64,000 nt of DNA from assembly GCA_039967155.1 (NCBI GenBank), contig JBDVSG010000159.1, forward strand, positions 10,020-74,019, given 5' to 3'. Position 1 is the stretch's first letter, and each line of letters opens with the position of its first letter. Shown here one piece after another: positions 9,235 through 19,738 of this stretch. The DNA comes from Sulfitobacter sp. Its GTDB lineage: Bacteria; Pseudomonadota; Alphaproteobacteria; Rhodobacterales; Rhodobacteraceae. The notes under the pieces were generated by a model. That model was not told the DNA's origin. It saw only the letters and a program-made list of their open reading frames with translations, and made no database searches. A program made the position numbers and the translations under genes.

Positions 9235-10380
9235 TCAGGCGACGAGCGTCTTCAGCATTTTCTCCAAGAATATATCAACCTCGGCCATTTGGTCTTTCTC
9301 AATGAATTCATTTGGCTTGTGCGCCTGATGAATGCTCCCTGGACCCAAAATAATTGTCGAAAACCCCGCTTGTTGGAAATGCCCCGCTTCGGTTCCAAAG
9401 CTAACGGCACCCAGTTCTCTTGGACTGCCTAATGCAGCGCAAAAGGCAGCCGCTTGACCATGCGGTTCAGGACGTAGTGCGGGGATGGCATGCTCCACAA
9501 TAACTTCACCGGTGCAGTCCTCAGCATGGGCTTGCATTCTACCAGTGACGTTGGCGACAATTTCGCGCAACTTTTGCAAGTGCATCTCAACGGTATGTTC
9601 CGGCATGAAACGAACGGCTAATGTCAGATCGCAATTCTGCGCAATAATGTTGGGTGCTGTGCCGCCGTGGATCAAGCCAGTGTTCATTGTCGTATAATTG
9701 GGCACAAGTGCGCTGGACGCGTCAGGGTTCGCTTTCATAACGTCAGCATATTCTGAAAGCCCCTGTAGGACCTTCCCAGCATAATGGATCGCACTAACCC
9801 CCAGATCAGGGCGGCTTGAGTGCGCCCCCTTCCCTGTCAGGCTAATTTTGGCACGAAATGATCCCTTGTGTTGACCTACTGGAGACATCTCTGTGGGTTC
9901 GCCGACGATCACAACATCCACCGGCGCGATATGACCCCGCATGTCTTCAATCAAACGAGGCACGCCAAGACAGCCGACTTCTTCATCATATGACAAGGCC
10001 AGATGGATCGGCTTGGCCAAATTGGCGGCCTTTGCCTGTAGAAGTATCGCCAGAGCCGCAGCCACAAAACCTTTCATATCGCAGGTGCCGCGCCCGTATA
10101 GTCGGTTATCGCGTTCAGTAAGCTTGAAAGGGTCGCTGTTCCATTTTTGACCTTCAACAGGAACAACATCAGAGTGCCCGCTGAGTATGACACCACCGGG
10201 CGCAGCGGGGCCGACACTGGCGAACAGGTTTTGTTTTTGTGCGTCATCACTGCTGGTTATCCGATAGGGAATGCCATGCTGATCCAGCAGGGTTTTCACC
10301 CATGCAATGAGGTTCAGGTTTGATTTACTGCTAACCGTATCGAAACCAACCAGCCGAGCCAAAATTTCAGTGCTGTTCAT
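9235..10380 (-). CDS. M20 family deacylase (acetylornithine deacetylase ArgE-like)
   Basis: 381 aa with LSGHSDVVPVEG and GRGTCDMKGF metal/catalytic motifs. Confidence 0.85.
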   Translation of the reverse strand: MNSTEILARLVGFDTVSSKSNLNLIAWVKTLLDQHGIPYRITSSDDAQKQNLFASVGPAAPGGVILSGHSDVVPVEGQKWNSDPFKLTERDNRLYGRGTCDMKGFVAAALAILLQAKAANLAKPIHLALSYDEEVGCLGVPRLIEDMRGHIAPVDVVIVGEPTEMSPVGQHKGSFRAKISLTGKGAHSSRPDLGVSAIHYAGKVLQGLSEYADVMKANPDASSALVPNYTTMNTGLIHGGTAPNIIAQNCDLTLAVRFMPEHTVEMHLQKLREIVANVTGRMQAHAEDCTGEVIVEHAIPALRPEPHGQAAAFCAALGSPRELGAVSFGTEAGHFQQAGFSTIILGPGSIHQAHKPNEFIEKDQMAEVDIFLEKMLKTLVA

Positions 10381-10389
10381 GATTTTGTT

Positions 10390-11886
10390 CTAAGACGTTT
10401 TTCTTTTCCGAAAGCCCAGCCAATAGATCGTAAACAGCGACATCGCAAAAAGTACAAGTGCAACAGGATGGTTCACCAAACGAAGCGGGTCTCCTCGTAA
10501 AATAGCTGCCGACTGACCCAGCGAAAGTTCAAATCTCGGGGCAAGGAAGAACGCAATAATGAAGATAACCACGGGGTATTCTAGTGCAGTCATGACAAGC
10601 CCGAGCACCGCAAACAAAAACATCACGTAGATACCGAATGTACCGCCTGTGGCCAGATAGACACCAACAATACACAAGACAAGAGCCGCGGAAAACACCA
10701 AGGATTCTGGTGCTGTAATTAGCTTGGCCCAGAGGCGCAAACCAAACAACCCGATCGCAAGGTTGCAAATATTGGCCATGATCATTGCGCCGAACAACCC
10801 ATAAATCAGCTGACCTTGGGATTCGAACAAAAGCGGACCAGGTTGGATCCCCTGGATTAAAAACGCGCTAATCAACATGGCTGACGAAGCAGATCCCGGA
10901 AGGCCAAGCGTTAGCAGCGGGATCATATCCGCGCCAGCGACAGAGCTGTTTGCGCTTTCGGTTGCAGCGATACCTTCGATTTCACCAGTCCCAAATTTCT
11001 CTGGTGTCTTTGAAGACTGTTTCGTTGCGGCATAGCTCATAAAGGCTGCGGCCGTGGATCCCATTCCAGGAACTGCGCCAATCCCTGTTCCGATCAACGC
11101 GCCGCGAAACAAAACAAACTTACAGCTCCAGTATTCTTTGAAGCTAATGTTCTTATCTTCCTTTGGCTGGCCTTTTGGGAATTCGACAGCAGGGCGTACT
11201 TCGCCAGTCATAGAAGCCAAACGCCGGATAATTTCCGCCACAGCAAGTGAACCAATCGCAACTGATGCGATGGGAAAGCCATCATATAGATCGAAGAAGC
11301 CAAAAAGAAATCGTGGTGTTGAGTGCTCTGGATCCAGTCCGACAGTGGCAATCAGCAGACCTAACGCCGTCGCGATGATACCGCGCGTAACGGATGAACC
11401 AATCAGCCCTGAAATTAGCGAGAAGGCAAAAACCATAAGCGCGAAAACTTCTACAGGTCCCATCTTTAGGGCGACGATCGCCAAAGGCGCTGCAATGGTG
11501 ATCAAGACAAGATCGCTGAAACTGTCACCCGTGACGGACGAATACAGGGCCATTTTCAGCGCTTTGAGCGGCTTGCCCTTTTTCGTCAACGGGTATCCGT
11601 CAATCGCGGTTGCCGCGGCATCTGGTGTGCCGGGTGTGTTGATTAAGATCGCGGGTATCGCCCCGCCGACCAGCCCGCCCTTGTTGATCCCAATCAAAAA
11701 ACCAATTGCGGGCAGTGGGTTCAGAACAAAAGTAAAAGGAACAGCAATGGCCATTGTCATGACTGGCCCAATGCCCGGCATGGCCCCGACAAATTGGCCA
11801 ACAACCACGCCAAAAACCACGTAGAAAAGGTTTGTCAGTGTGAAAGCATCTGCAAAACCAGCGAGGATAATTGATAGATCAACCAC
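10390..11886 (-). CDS. tctA: tripartite tricarboxylate transporter large permease
   Basis: 498-aa polytopic protein (GVVVGQFVGAMPGIGP..., GLPGSASSAMLISAF) located with TctB and TctC genes. Confidence 0.9.
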   Translation of the reverse strand: MVDLSIILAGFADAFTLTNLFYVVFGVVVGQFVGAMPGIGPVMTMAIAVPFTFVLNPLPAIGFLIGINKGGLVGGAIPAILINTPGTPDAAATAIDGYPLTKKGKPLKALKMALYSSVTGDSFSDLVLITIAAPLAIVALKMGPVEVFALMVFAFSLISGLIGSSVTRGIIATALGLLIATVGLDPEHSTPRFLFGFFDLYDGFPIASVAIGSLAVAEIIRRLASMTGEVRPAVEFPKGQPKEDKNISFKEYWSCKFVLFRGALIGTGIGAVPGMGSTAAAFMSYAATKQSSKTPEKFGTGEIEGIAATESANSSVAGADMIPLLTLGLPGSASSAMLISAFLIQGIQPGPLLFESQGQLIYGLFGAMIMANICNLAIGLFGLRLWAKLITAPESLVFSAALVLCIVGVYLATGGTFGIYVMFLFAVLGLVMTALEYPVVIFIIAFFLAPRFELSLGQSAAILRGDPLRLVNHPVALVLFAMSLFTIYWLGFRKRKTS

Positions 11887-11895
11887 GATTTTCTC

Positions 11896-12315
11896 CTATG
11901 CTAGAATGCGATCAAGCACACGTTCAACAAGTAGCCAAACACCGATGGGTATGACAAAAACGCCGATGAACAACCAATGCGGCCTGCGTTCCCCGATGCC
12001 CAGCATCACGCCAAGCGCAAGGATCGGTGCGACATACTCGAAACCGAAGCGCTCCATCCCTGCCACACAGGCGATAACAAAGGCCGTACATATTGCCGCC
12101 CTTACACAGAGCAGCACGTCGATATCAATCACTGCCTTGCTGGTAAGAAACTGCACAACCCCAGCGAGGGCAATAATCCCGATCGCAATTGAGGGAACCG
12201 TTCGGGGGACAATGCGGGCATCCTCAACCAGATCGACCTGTCCAGGCATGACAAAAAAGTAGACGATGAGCATGCCCAGCACGAGCAGCGCAGATTGCAA
12301 CCGTTCTAGTGACAT
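11896..12315 (-). CDS. tctB: tripartite tricarboxylate transporter small subunit
   Basis: 139-aa 4-TM protein between tctC and tctA. Confidence 0.8.
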   Translation of the reverse strand: MSLERLQSALLVLGMLIVYFFVMPGQVDLVEDARIVPRTVPSIAIGIIALAGVVQFLTSKAVIDIDVLLCVRAAICTAFVIACVAGMERFGFEYVAPILALGVMLGIGERRPHWLFIGVFVIPIGVWLLVERVLDRILA

Positions 12316-12372
12316 TGGGCCACCCTTTCCAGAAATGGTGCCGCTGCGCTTTGGAACGCAGCGGCGTTACAA

Positions 12373-13323
12373 TCACTTGTTTCCAGAAACAAGTTTTGAG
12401 ATCAGATCAAGGCTGCTTTCCAGCTTGTCCTGTGTACCTTGCGGACCAAGGTTGCTTGGCTCTGTTTTCATGACGTTCTTGATCAATTTAGCCAATTCAT
12501 CTGAATTGATCGCGTCATCCAGTGCAGCAGCCAGTGCTTCATTTACGTCGGCAGGAAGATCCTTTGGGGCCGCAATGTAGAAATACGGGTCAAGCGAATA
12601 GTCAAACCCTTGCTCAATCAGCGTTGTTGTATCTGGAGAATACCCGTGACGTGTGTCTGTCACAGCGGCCAGCATTTTGATGTCACCAGCTTCAAGGTAT
12701 TCGATATGTGCACCTGCGCCGAAACCGGCCTGAAGTTGACCCCCAAGGAGACCTTGCATCTGCTCGGCGCCGCTTTTGTGGCTCACCAATTCAAAACCAG
12801 CATCATTGGCTTTGTTAATCGCTTCGATGATCATTTTCTGTGGACCGGCATCAAAGCCAATCAGATCCCCGCCATTGGCCTTTGAATGTTCAACCAGTTC
12901 GGCAAAAGTGTTGTAAGGAGAGTCTGCAGGCGCAATAACCGCAAGCGGCGCCACTACAACCGTTGCTAGGTAATCAAAGCTGTCGATCTTGAACGGCAGT
13001 TTGTCGCCACGCGTCGCAAGGTTCATCAGCGTGGCCATGGTGACACCCATTCCAAGCGTCAAACCATCAGGATCGTCGCGCACAAGCCCCGAGAACATAG
13101 CGACACCACCACCGCCTGGCTTGTTTTCGACGATAACGTCCCAGCCTGTGTTCGCTTCCATGGCGGATGCAATGGCACGGCCGATTGTGTCAGTTGCGCC
13201 ACCCGCACCAAAGCCGATCTGTAGAGTAACCGGTCCTTCTGGCTTCCATTCAGCAAATGCGGTGCCGGGGATAAGCAGAGCTGCGGCGGTTAGTGCCGCC
13301 TTGAGTGTTCTTGAGGTAAACAT
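12373..13323 (-). CDS. tctC: tripartite tricarboxylate transporter substrate-binding protein (Bug family)
   Basis: 316 aa with a signal peptide and GFGAGGATDTIGRA / NKPGGGG motifs of TctC/Bug receptors. Confidence 0.9.
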   Translation of the reverse strand: MFTSRTLKAALTAAALLIPGTAFAEWKPEGPVTLQIGFGAGGATDTIGRAIASAMEANTGWDVIVENKPGGGGVAMFSGLVRDDPDGLTLGMGVTMATLMNLATRGDKLPFKIDSFDYLATVVVAPLAVIAPADSPYNTFAELVEHSKANGGDLIGFDAGPQKMIIEAINKANDAGFELVSHKSGAEQMQGLLGGQLQAGFGAGAHIEYLEAGDIKMLAAVTDTRHGYSPDTTTLIEQGFDYSLDPYFYIAAPKDLPADVNEALAAALDDAINSDELAKLIKNVMKTEPSNLGPQGTQDKLESSLDLISKLVSGNK

Positions 13324-13346
13324 TGGTCTTCTCCTGATCTGTGGAC

Positions 13347-14174
13347 TTAATGTGATAAAAACAGCGGAATGTTTGTGTTTGAGATGACGGATGACGTGAC
13401 CCCCCCAAACAAATCTTCTGAGATTTTCGAATGCTCGTAGGCCCCCATAACAAGAAGTCCCGCTTCAACATCTGTGCAGTAGCCCAAGAGTGTTTCTGCA
13501 ACCGAACCCTGAAATGGTATGTATTTATGGTCTGCCAAGATACCGTGGCGGGCTAGGATCGTAGGCATATCAATTTCGCTTGAAGTTGGTATGCTTCCCT
13601 CTTTGCCAACCGTCACGATGGAAACCTTTTTCTTTGTTTCCAGCAATTGCATTGCGTCGAAAAAAGCACGCGATGCAGTGCGACGACCATCCCACGCAAC
13701 AACGGCGTGTTCGCTTATTCCCGTTGCAAAGTGAGCCTTTGGAGCCACGAGGATTGGGCGCCCGCTTTCGGATGCGATCCGGTCCGGGTGTAGCACTAAT
13801 TCATCTGCCGCAATCAGGTTCTCATATTGACCCAAAATCGTAATATCGAACAGGCGCGAATAGAAGGTGACAGCTTTGTCTGGATCAGATTTCACATCAA
13901 TCCAGTGCAACCTGTTTGCATCTATTTTCCCGTCCGCAAACGCATAGAATTTTTCGGCGAGTTCGTTGGTCCGACGCTCTGTAATCTCACTGATGGACGC
14001 GCGCATTGCTGCGCTCAACCAATTGGGGATGTTCCTGGTCACACTAGAGGCACCATGGGCCACAATGCCGGTCAAATGCGCATCGTATTTTTTGGCCATA
14101 TGAAGTGCCAAACGCAAAGCGCTATTTGAAGCATCGCCCCCGTTATATGCAACAAGCAAGTTTTTAACTGCCAT
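13347..14174 (-). CDS. tandem-domain universal stress protein
   Basis: 275 aa in two Usp halves (NLLVAYNGGDASNSAL..., LLVMGAYEHSKISEDLFGGVTSSV). Confidence 0.85.
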   Translation of the reverse strand: MAVKNLLVAYNGGDASNSALRLALHMAKKYDAHLTGIVAHGASSVTRNIPNWLSAAMRASISEITERRTNELAEKFYAFADGKIDANRLHWIDVKSDPDKAVTFYSRLFDITILGQYENLIAADELVLHPDRIASESGRPILVAPKAHFATGISEHAVVAWDGRRTASRAFFDAMQLLETKKKVSIVTVGKEGSIPTSSEIDMPTILARHGILADHKYIPFQGSVAETLLGYCTDVEAGLLVMGAYEHSKISEDLFGGVTSSVISNTNIPLFLSH

Positions 14175-14348
14175 CTGACCTCCGGTCCGTCGTTTAGAAG
14201 ATCATACGATGTTTTTTATACAAAACAATATATAATATATAAAACACAATCTCAGATCATCCTTTCACTCCAAGGCGTTGAGATCTTTGAAAGGTTTCGA
14301 ATTCGCAGCCCTTTGTTTTTACGCCAATATCCCGTCCGCCTGCTGTTT

Positions 14349-15134
14349 TTAGAACCGACCGCAATCAACTTTCATTTTGTCTCCGGTAATCGCAGAGGAC
14401 AGGTCCGAAGCATAATAGAGCGCGGCACGGCCGACTTCTTCGGGGGCGACCCAACGCTTCAATGCAGCCACATCGGTGTAGTTTTCACGCTCGATTTCGT
14501 CGACGGGGCGGCCCTCAGCCTCTGATCTTTTCTTCAGAATACGATCCATATTTTCGCCTGACACAGCCCCCGGCATCAAGGCGTTCACCCGCACATTCAC
14601 CTGCCCCAATTCGCGCGCCATAACCTCGGTGATGCCGATAAGGGCGAATTTGGAAGCAGTATAAGCCGACCGCATCGGATAGCCTTGGATGCCCATCAAT
14701 GAAGACATGTTAATGATCGAACCGGATTTCTGTGCTGTCATGATTTTCGCGGCTTCTTGCAAACAATACATTGCCCCGACGAGGTTGATGTTCATGCAAC
14801 CGATCCATGCCTCCATATCCACCTCAGCCACAGGCGCAATTGGCCCCGGGCCACCAGCGTTGTTGAGCAAGACATCCACTTTGCCAGTGATTTTCAGCGC
14901 CTTTTCAAACATCGCCTTAACGTCGGCCTGATCGGATACATCGCAGGTTATCGCGTGGCCGTTGATCTCGGAGGCGACCCGTTCCAAGGGCTCTAAACGG
15001 CGCCCAGTAACAACGACAGTTGCCCCAGCATCCGCAAAAACCCGCGCTGTTGCTTCGCCAATGCCGCTGCCGCCTCCGGTGATGATGGCTAGTTTTCCGT
15101 CGAGGCGGCAGGTGTCAGTTGAGATCAGGCTCAT
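14349..15134 (-). CDS. SDR family oxidoreductase
   Basis: ITGGGSGIGEA (TGxxxGxG), NNAG and YTASK (YxxxK). Stop overlaps the next start (15131-15134). Confidence 0.9.
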   Translation of the reverse strand: MSLISTDTCRLDGKLAIITGGGSGIGEATARVFADAGATVVVTGRRLEPLERVASEINGHAITCDVSDQADVKAMFEKALKITGKVDVLLNNAGGPGPIAPVAEVDMEAWIGCMNINLVGAMYCLQEAAKIMTAQKSGSIINMSSLMGIQGYPMRSAYTASKFALIGITEVMARELGQVNVRVNALMPGAVSGENMDRILKKRSEAEGRPVDEIERENYTDVAALKRWVAPEEVGRAALYYASDLSSAITGDKMKVDCGRF

Positions 15135-16231
15135 ATCGTTTCCTTATTAAAATCACGCCCCGGATCGAACAGAGGCAGTTCGGGCTCGCGCCCCAGAATG
15201 GCGTCCCCCATCAGTTTCCCGATGTAGGGTCCAATTGTGTATCCGCCGCGCACGCAGCCCAGAACAAAGGCGCCCTCCACCCCAGGCAAAGCCCCCGCAA
15301 GCGGATAGAAATCGGGGACGTTGGCCTCAAAACCGGTCCAGCTGCGCAGCACGCGGGCCTTCGCCAAATTTGGCAGTGCAAATTGCGCTAATGCGAGGTT
15401 TGGAATTACGGTTTCGGCTGTCACTTCTCCGCGCCCCTGTTGCGGTGTGCCGCGTCCCTGCCAACCACCGCCAACAAGTACCGTGCCGTTGGCTTTTTGC
15501 TTCATCGTTAACAACCCTGTGGCATGGCCAATGACATGGGTTGTCAACGGTGGCATCCGTTCGGTCACAGATACGGTGTTGATGCGGGCTTGAACGGGCA
15601 AATCAACGTCAAGCAGCGCTGCGACAGGTTTCAACCATGCGCCAGCGGCTAACAAAATGCGGGTGGCGCGGACACTGCCCTGCGGCGTTTGCAACAAAAA
15701 GCCGCTCTTATCTTGCGTGATCGCTTGGACCGCAGCATTTTCACGGTATTCAACCCCAACATCGCGCAAGCGCCCGCGATAGTACTGACCAGTCAGAGAT
15801 GAGTTCGCATACCCATCTTCAGAGCAATAGCTTGCGGCTTTGACCTTGTGGGTCAAATTTGGTTCCGCAGCGCGCAGTGCGTTGTTTGACACAAATGAAA
15901 TCGGCGCACCCGCATCCGCTTTCAACGTTTGGCGCGCGTGCAAAAGAGCCTCTTCGCGGTCATTGAAGGCAAGCGTGTAGCCCCCCGTCTTGCGGAACCC
16001 CACCGCGTCACCCATTGCTTCCCATTCATGGTGCCCACGCAAGGCATAAGGCATCAGCTTCACGCGCTTGATTTGAAGCGACAGAGTGCCCGCATTAACG
16101 CCGGACGCCCCCTGCCCTAAATCACCTTGATCTAACACAATGGGCCGCATGCCAGCTTCGGCCACGCGCAATGCAGCGCTGCACCCCATGATACCTCCAC
16201 CAATGACAGCAATGTCGTATGGGGCGATCAT
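15131..16231 (-). CDS. FAD-dependent oxidoreductase, DAO family (HcnC / OoxB / LhpB-like subunit)
   Basis: IAVIGGGIMGCSAA dinucleotide fold, 366 aa. Third gene of a 2Fe-2S / pyridine-nucleotide-disulfide / DAO triad. Confidence 0.85.
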   Translation of the reverse strand: MIAPYDIAVIGGGIMGCSAALRVAEAGMRPIVLDQGDLGQGASGVNAGTLSLQIKRVKLMPYALRGHHEWEAMGDAVGFRKTGGYTLAFNDREEALLHARQTLKADAGAPISFVSNNALRAAEPNLTHKVKAASYCSEDGYANSSLTGQYYRGRLRDVGVEYRENAAVQAITQDKSGFLLQTPQGSVRATRILLAAGAWLKPVAALLDVDLPVQARINTVSVTERMPPLTTHVIGHATGLLTMKQKANGTVLVGGGWQGRGTPQQGRGEVTAETVIPNLALAQFALPNLAKARVLRSWTGFEANVPDFYPLAGALPGVEGAFVLGCVRGGYTIGPYIGKLMGDAILGREPELPLFDPGRDFNKETI

Positions 16232-17649
16232 AGGGGCGCTGGCTTTGGAATAGGTAGATCGTCATATTCAAAGTCGCCAGCCAAGGCGGAAGTCGGTACA
16301 GGCCGCAAAGGGGGCCGCGGTGTTGGCGGGCGGATGCGAGCCTGATCACTGCTGTGCATTTGCGCCAACAAAGACGCAATGGCGGTCTGGCAATACTTGC
16401 CACCACAAGGGCCCATGCCCGCTCGCATACCTGACTTCACGGCATTGGTGCTTTGTGCACCAGACGTTATTTCGGCCTTCACCGCCTTTTGTGTCAGACT
16501 TTCACAGCGGCAAATGATGGTGTCAGGTGTAGTCAGGCGTTGATAACCGACTTTGGCAATGCTGAGTTTGGTCATGGCAACACCAAACCGCGCTGCCCTA
16601 TGGTATGCACTGTACCGTTTTGGGTGTGGCGGTTGCACCGCTTTGCCGATGTAAGTTGCTGCCGTGTTGCCAGCAAGGACCCCGTGTATTTCCGCAGCAG
16701 CGGCACCACGTATCCCTGCCCCGTCCCCACAAATGAACAGGCCTTTGACATCTGTTGAACCGTCTGCGCCGACTTGGGCGACCCAACCGCCCAACTCTGG
16801 TCGATGTGCGATGGATGCTCCCGCAAGTTGTGCAGCTTCAATGGCGGGGGTAAGGCCGTTCCCCAAGCAACAACTGTCTGCCGGGATGTCATGTGCCTTA
16901 CCAACAGGCGAACCAACACGATCAAGCTTTCGGATGGACACAGCGCTGGTTTTGGTATCGCCTTCTATGGCACTTGCGGCATGCCCCCAATAAATTGGTA
17001 CACGTGCCAACAAGAGATCCGCCATCCAGACTGCCCCGCGCCACATGAGGCTGGGACGTGCCAACATTCCAGGCAATGCCCGCAGCCAATCTCTTTTTGT
17101 ATTCGGCGTAACAATCGCCGCCACAGTGCCACCCAACCGGCGAATTTCACTGGCTACAAAAAACACCAACGGTCCTGTTCCAGAGACAACCGTGCTAAGG
17201 CCCGGCACGGTCAGGTCTTGCTTAAACAAAGCTGTCGCGCCAGCAAGGCCAATAACGCCAGGTGTCGTCCAACCGGGAATGGGCTGCACGAACTCTCGCG
17301 CACCTGTGGCGATGATCAACGCTTTCGCCACAATCCTAACTGTTGCGCCGCCTTTCAAGACATTGAGGACCCAATCATCGCCTTCGCGCTCAATCTGCCA
17401 GACGCGGGCATTTGCAAGATGGGTTGCGGCGCTTGCCGCAAGGGCGTTCCGCAGGTCATCCCCTGAAACAGTTTCTGGCGTAATTGGAGCCGTGACAATT
17501 GCGGCAGATTTGGCACGCCAAACTTGCCCCCCTGCACGGGGTTTTTCATCAAGAATGATAACTTTTGCCGCATGGCCTGACGCTTCGATCGCCGCGTTTG
17601 CGCCCGCAGGCCCCGCACCGATTACAGCGATATCGTAATGCTCAGACAT
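16228..17649 (-). CDS. FAD/NAD(P)-binding oxidoreductase (HcnB / OoxA / LhpE-like subunit)
   Basis: ORF 16228..17892 trimmed to ATG 17649 (MSEHYDIAVIGAGPAGANAA...). C-terminal BFD-like Cys cluster (ICRCE...GPCGGKYC). Overlaps both neighbours. Confidence 0.85.
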   Translation of the reverse strand: MSEHYDIAVIGAGPAGANAAIEASGHAAKVIILDEKPRAGGQVWRAKSAAIVTAPITPETVSGDDLRNALAASAATHLANARVWQIEREGDDWVLNVLKGGATVRIVAKALIIATGAREFVQPIPGWTTPGVIGLAGATALFKQDLTVPGLSTVVSGTGPLVFFVASEIRRLGGTVAAIVTPNTKRDWLRALPGMLARPSLMWRGAVWMADLLLARVPIYWGHAASAIEGDTKTSAVSIRKLDRVGSPVGKAHDIPADSCCLGNGLTPAIEAAQLAGASIAHRPELGGWVAQVGADGSTDVKGLFICGDGAGIRGAAAAEIHGVLAGNTAATYIGKAVQPPHPKRYSAYHRAARFGVAMTKLSIAKVGYQRLTTPDTIICRCESLTQKAVKAEITSGAQSTNAVKSGMRAGMGPCGGKYCQTAIASLLAQMHSSDQARIRPPTPRPPLRPVPTSALAGDFEYDDLPIPKPAPL

Positions 17650-17944
17650 GTTTTTCCCGCTTAAGAGAACGCACGACCAAACCAGATGAAACACGCAGTC
17701 GGCAACTTTCGACAAGGAGCCCGTCAATTTCCACGACACATTCCTGACAAAGACCCATGCAGCAAAAAGCGCCACGTGGCGCGCCGTCTTCTGGTGCATC
17801 CCGTAGGTAGGCGTGGTCGCTGCGCAGCAATGCTGCCAGAACAGTCTCGCCATCATGTCCCAACACCGACCGCCCATCAAAGCTAAACTCAACGGGGGCC
17901 GTGCGGGTAATCAAGGCGGACTGGTCAGGCAGCAGACGGATCAT
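17642..17944 (-). CDS. (2Fe-2S)-binding small subunit (HcnA / LhpF-like)
   Basis: 100 aa with GAFCCMGLCQECVVEIDG Cys pattern (Fer2_4 type). Confidence 0.8.
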   Translation of the reverse strand: MIRLLPDQSALITRTAPVEFSFDGRSVLGHDGETVLAALLRSDHAYLRDAPEDGAPRGAFCCMGLCQECVVEIDGLLVESCRLRVSSGLVVRSLKREKHV

Positions 17945-18840
17945 TTATAGCTGATCCCTAATTGGTCAAACGTCCGCTTGATTTTATCGATGTCCGCCTG
18001 AGTGGCTGGCAAGACCGGATCACGAGGGATGCCCGCAGGCAACCCGATCAGGTTAAGCGCCGCCTTGAACGATGCAGGCCATGTCGCCGTCCCCATCAGC
18101 AGCTCATATAGCACAGTGAGTTGCATATGCGCCTTGCGGTAATCCGCATCTGGCGCCGCTGTACCTGCCGCGGCCATATCGGCGGGCAGCATATCCGTAA
18201 ATTCTGGCCCCGTTGCAATGAACCCTTTGGCACCCAGTGCAAAGGCGGGCATGATGTAGTGGCAAGGGCCGGTCATGATGGACATTTTATCGCCAAGCCG
18301 GTCCAAAAGATGCGTATGATAGAAGAAGTCGCGTTGGCTTTCTTTGATCCCGATAACGTTATGGGTGTTCAGAAGGGTTTCTGTTTGATCAATCGTTAGG
18401 GAAAATCCCATCCGGCGCGGCGAGTTATATAGCACCAACGGTTTGTCCGTCGCAGCCGAAACCTGATCAAAACGGGCCATCAGCTCCGCTTCAGACGCCT
18501 TTAGGACATAAGTTTGAGGCATGGAAAGCAACACATCAGCGCCATTTTCCTCCGCCGCGCGAATATAGGCTTTAGAGGCATCAATGGTCGGCGCTGAAAT
18601 GCCCATCATAATGGGCACGCGGCCCTTTGATGTATCCTTGGCCAGCCGCACCAAGCGGCCGCGTTCTTGGGCGTTGAGCGCCCAGCTTTCGCCGTTGTCA
18701 CCTGCGATGCAAACACAGGTGGCACCCTTGCTGATCAGGAACTCAAACAACTCGACAAAGGCGTCTTCCATGATCTCGCCGGTGTCACTGAAAGGGGTCG
18801 CAATTGCTGGCACATAGCCGTGTAGGTCGTCTTTGTTCAT
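17941..18840 (-). CDS. dihydrodipicolinate synthase family protein (class I aldolase/deaminase)
   Basis: ORF trimmed to ATG 18840 (MNKDDLHGYVPAIATPF...). DapA-family layout. ATGA overlap with the downstream gene. Confidence 0.82.
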   Translation of the reverse strand: MNKDDLHGYVPAIATPFSDTGEIMEDAFVELFEFLISKGATCVCIAGDNGESWALNAQERGRLVRLAKDTSKGRVPIMMGISAPTIDASKAYIRAAEENGADVLLSMPQTYVLKASEAELMARFDQVSAATDKPLVLYNSPRRMGFSLTIDQTETLLNTHNVIGIKESQRDFFYHTHLLDRLGDKMSIMTGPCHYIMPAFALGAKGFIATGPEFTDMLPADMAAAGTAAPDADYRKAHMQLTVLYELLMGTATWPASFKAALNLIGLPAGIPRDPVLPATQADIDKIKRTFDQLGISYK

Positions 18841-18847
18841 GTCGTCC

Positions 18848-19738
18848 TCATTGGGAAGGGATATCGCAGGTGAACACCGTGCCGAACTGGGCATCGATGA
18901 TATAAATTTGGTTTGGATGATCTGGATGGAAGGTCACGGAGGTGGTCCAAAGGCCTTCAGGCAACAAGACCTCTGCTATCAATGCGCCAAGCACATCAAA
19001 CACATATGCACGGCCCGCTTGCGCCTGCGCCACCGCCAGCCACCCCATTTCATTGGTTGCCAAACCGTCTGGGCCAAGGCCGCCAGATAGATTAAGGAAT
19101 GTCCCGATCATTGGGAAACCGACCTCGGGCAGGTTTGCCGAAAATCGCCAAACCTGATTGGACCGCGTTGCTGCCACATAGACCCATGCGCCGTCTGGCG
19201 ACACGCAGATGCCGTTAGAATAGGGCACGCAATCGCAAACCAGACGCAGATCACCGCCTGCGGGCAAGCAATACACTCGCCCCGTCGGATTGCTGAGTGA
19301 AGTTCGGCCGCTATCGGTGAACCACAAGGACCCATCAGGACCATAAACCATGTCTGACAGGCCTAAAAAAGGTTGGTTTGGCAATCCGGTACTCAGGACC
19401 TCAAAATCGGAGCTGTCCGTGAGTTCGATCAAACCATGGCTGTAATCCACCGCAATGCGGCGCCCGTCTGGCGCGATGCGCATGGCGTGCGGCTCGCCCT
19501 CAATCTGGTGCATGACTTCCCATGCTCCTTCCGCAGATACGCGAAAAACGCGGCCATATGGCACGTCCGAAAGCCATAAGTTACGATCCTCATCAAAGAA
19601 CGCGGCTTCTAGAAACGAATGCATTTGTTGACCAGGGCGCGTTAACTTTGCCCATGCAGAGGGCTCCCCCTTATGGCGATGGCGCTCGGGGAGGGTTGCA
19701 AAAGGGACTGCGGTTAAGCTTTGAGCATGGCCGATCAT
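18848..19738 (-). CDS. SMP-30/gluconolactonase/LRE family protein
   Basis: 296 aa with beta-propeller repeats (LWLSDVP, PDGSLWFTDSG, PDGAWVYVA, GPDGLA). Confidence 0.85.
   Translation of the reverse strand: MIGHAQSLTAVPFATLPERHRHKGEPSAWAKLTRPGQQMHSFLEAAFFDEDRNLWLSDVPYGRVFRVSAEGAWEVMHQIEGEPHAMRIAPDGRRIAVDYSHGLIELTDSSDFEVLSTGLPNQPFLGLSDMVYGPDGSLWFTDSGRTSLSNPTGRVYCLPAGGDLRLVCDCVPYSNGICVSPDGAWVYVAATRSNQVWRFSANLPEVGFPMIGTFLNLSGGLGPDGLATNEMGWLAVAQAQAGRAYVFDVLGALIAEVLLPEGLWTTSVTFHPDHPNQIYIIDAQFGTVFTCDIPSQ

Noticed and set aside
11054-12262. Plus-strand ORFs of 256 and 140 aa inside tctA/tctB
   Set aside because: They are antisense shadows of polytopic membrane genes. Their composition is Pro/Ser/Thr/Ala-rich with no motifs.
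16320-17886. Multiple plus-strand ORFs (16774..17466, 17045..17638 and others) and the 554-aa extended version of 16228..17892
   Set aside because: - All are shadows of the HcnB-like gene.
- The N-terminal extension of the long ORF overlaps the 2Fe-2S gene and precedes the obvious dinucleotide-fold start MSEHYDIAVIGAGPAG.
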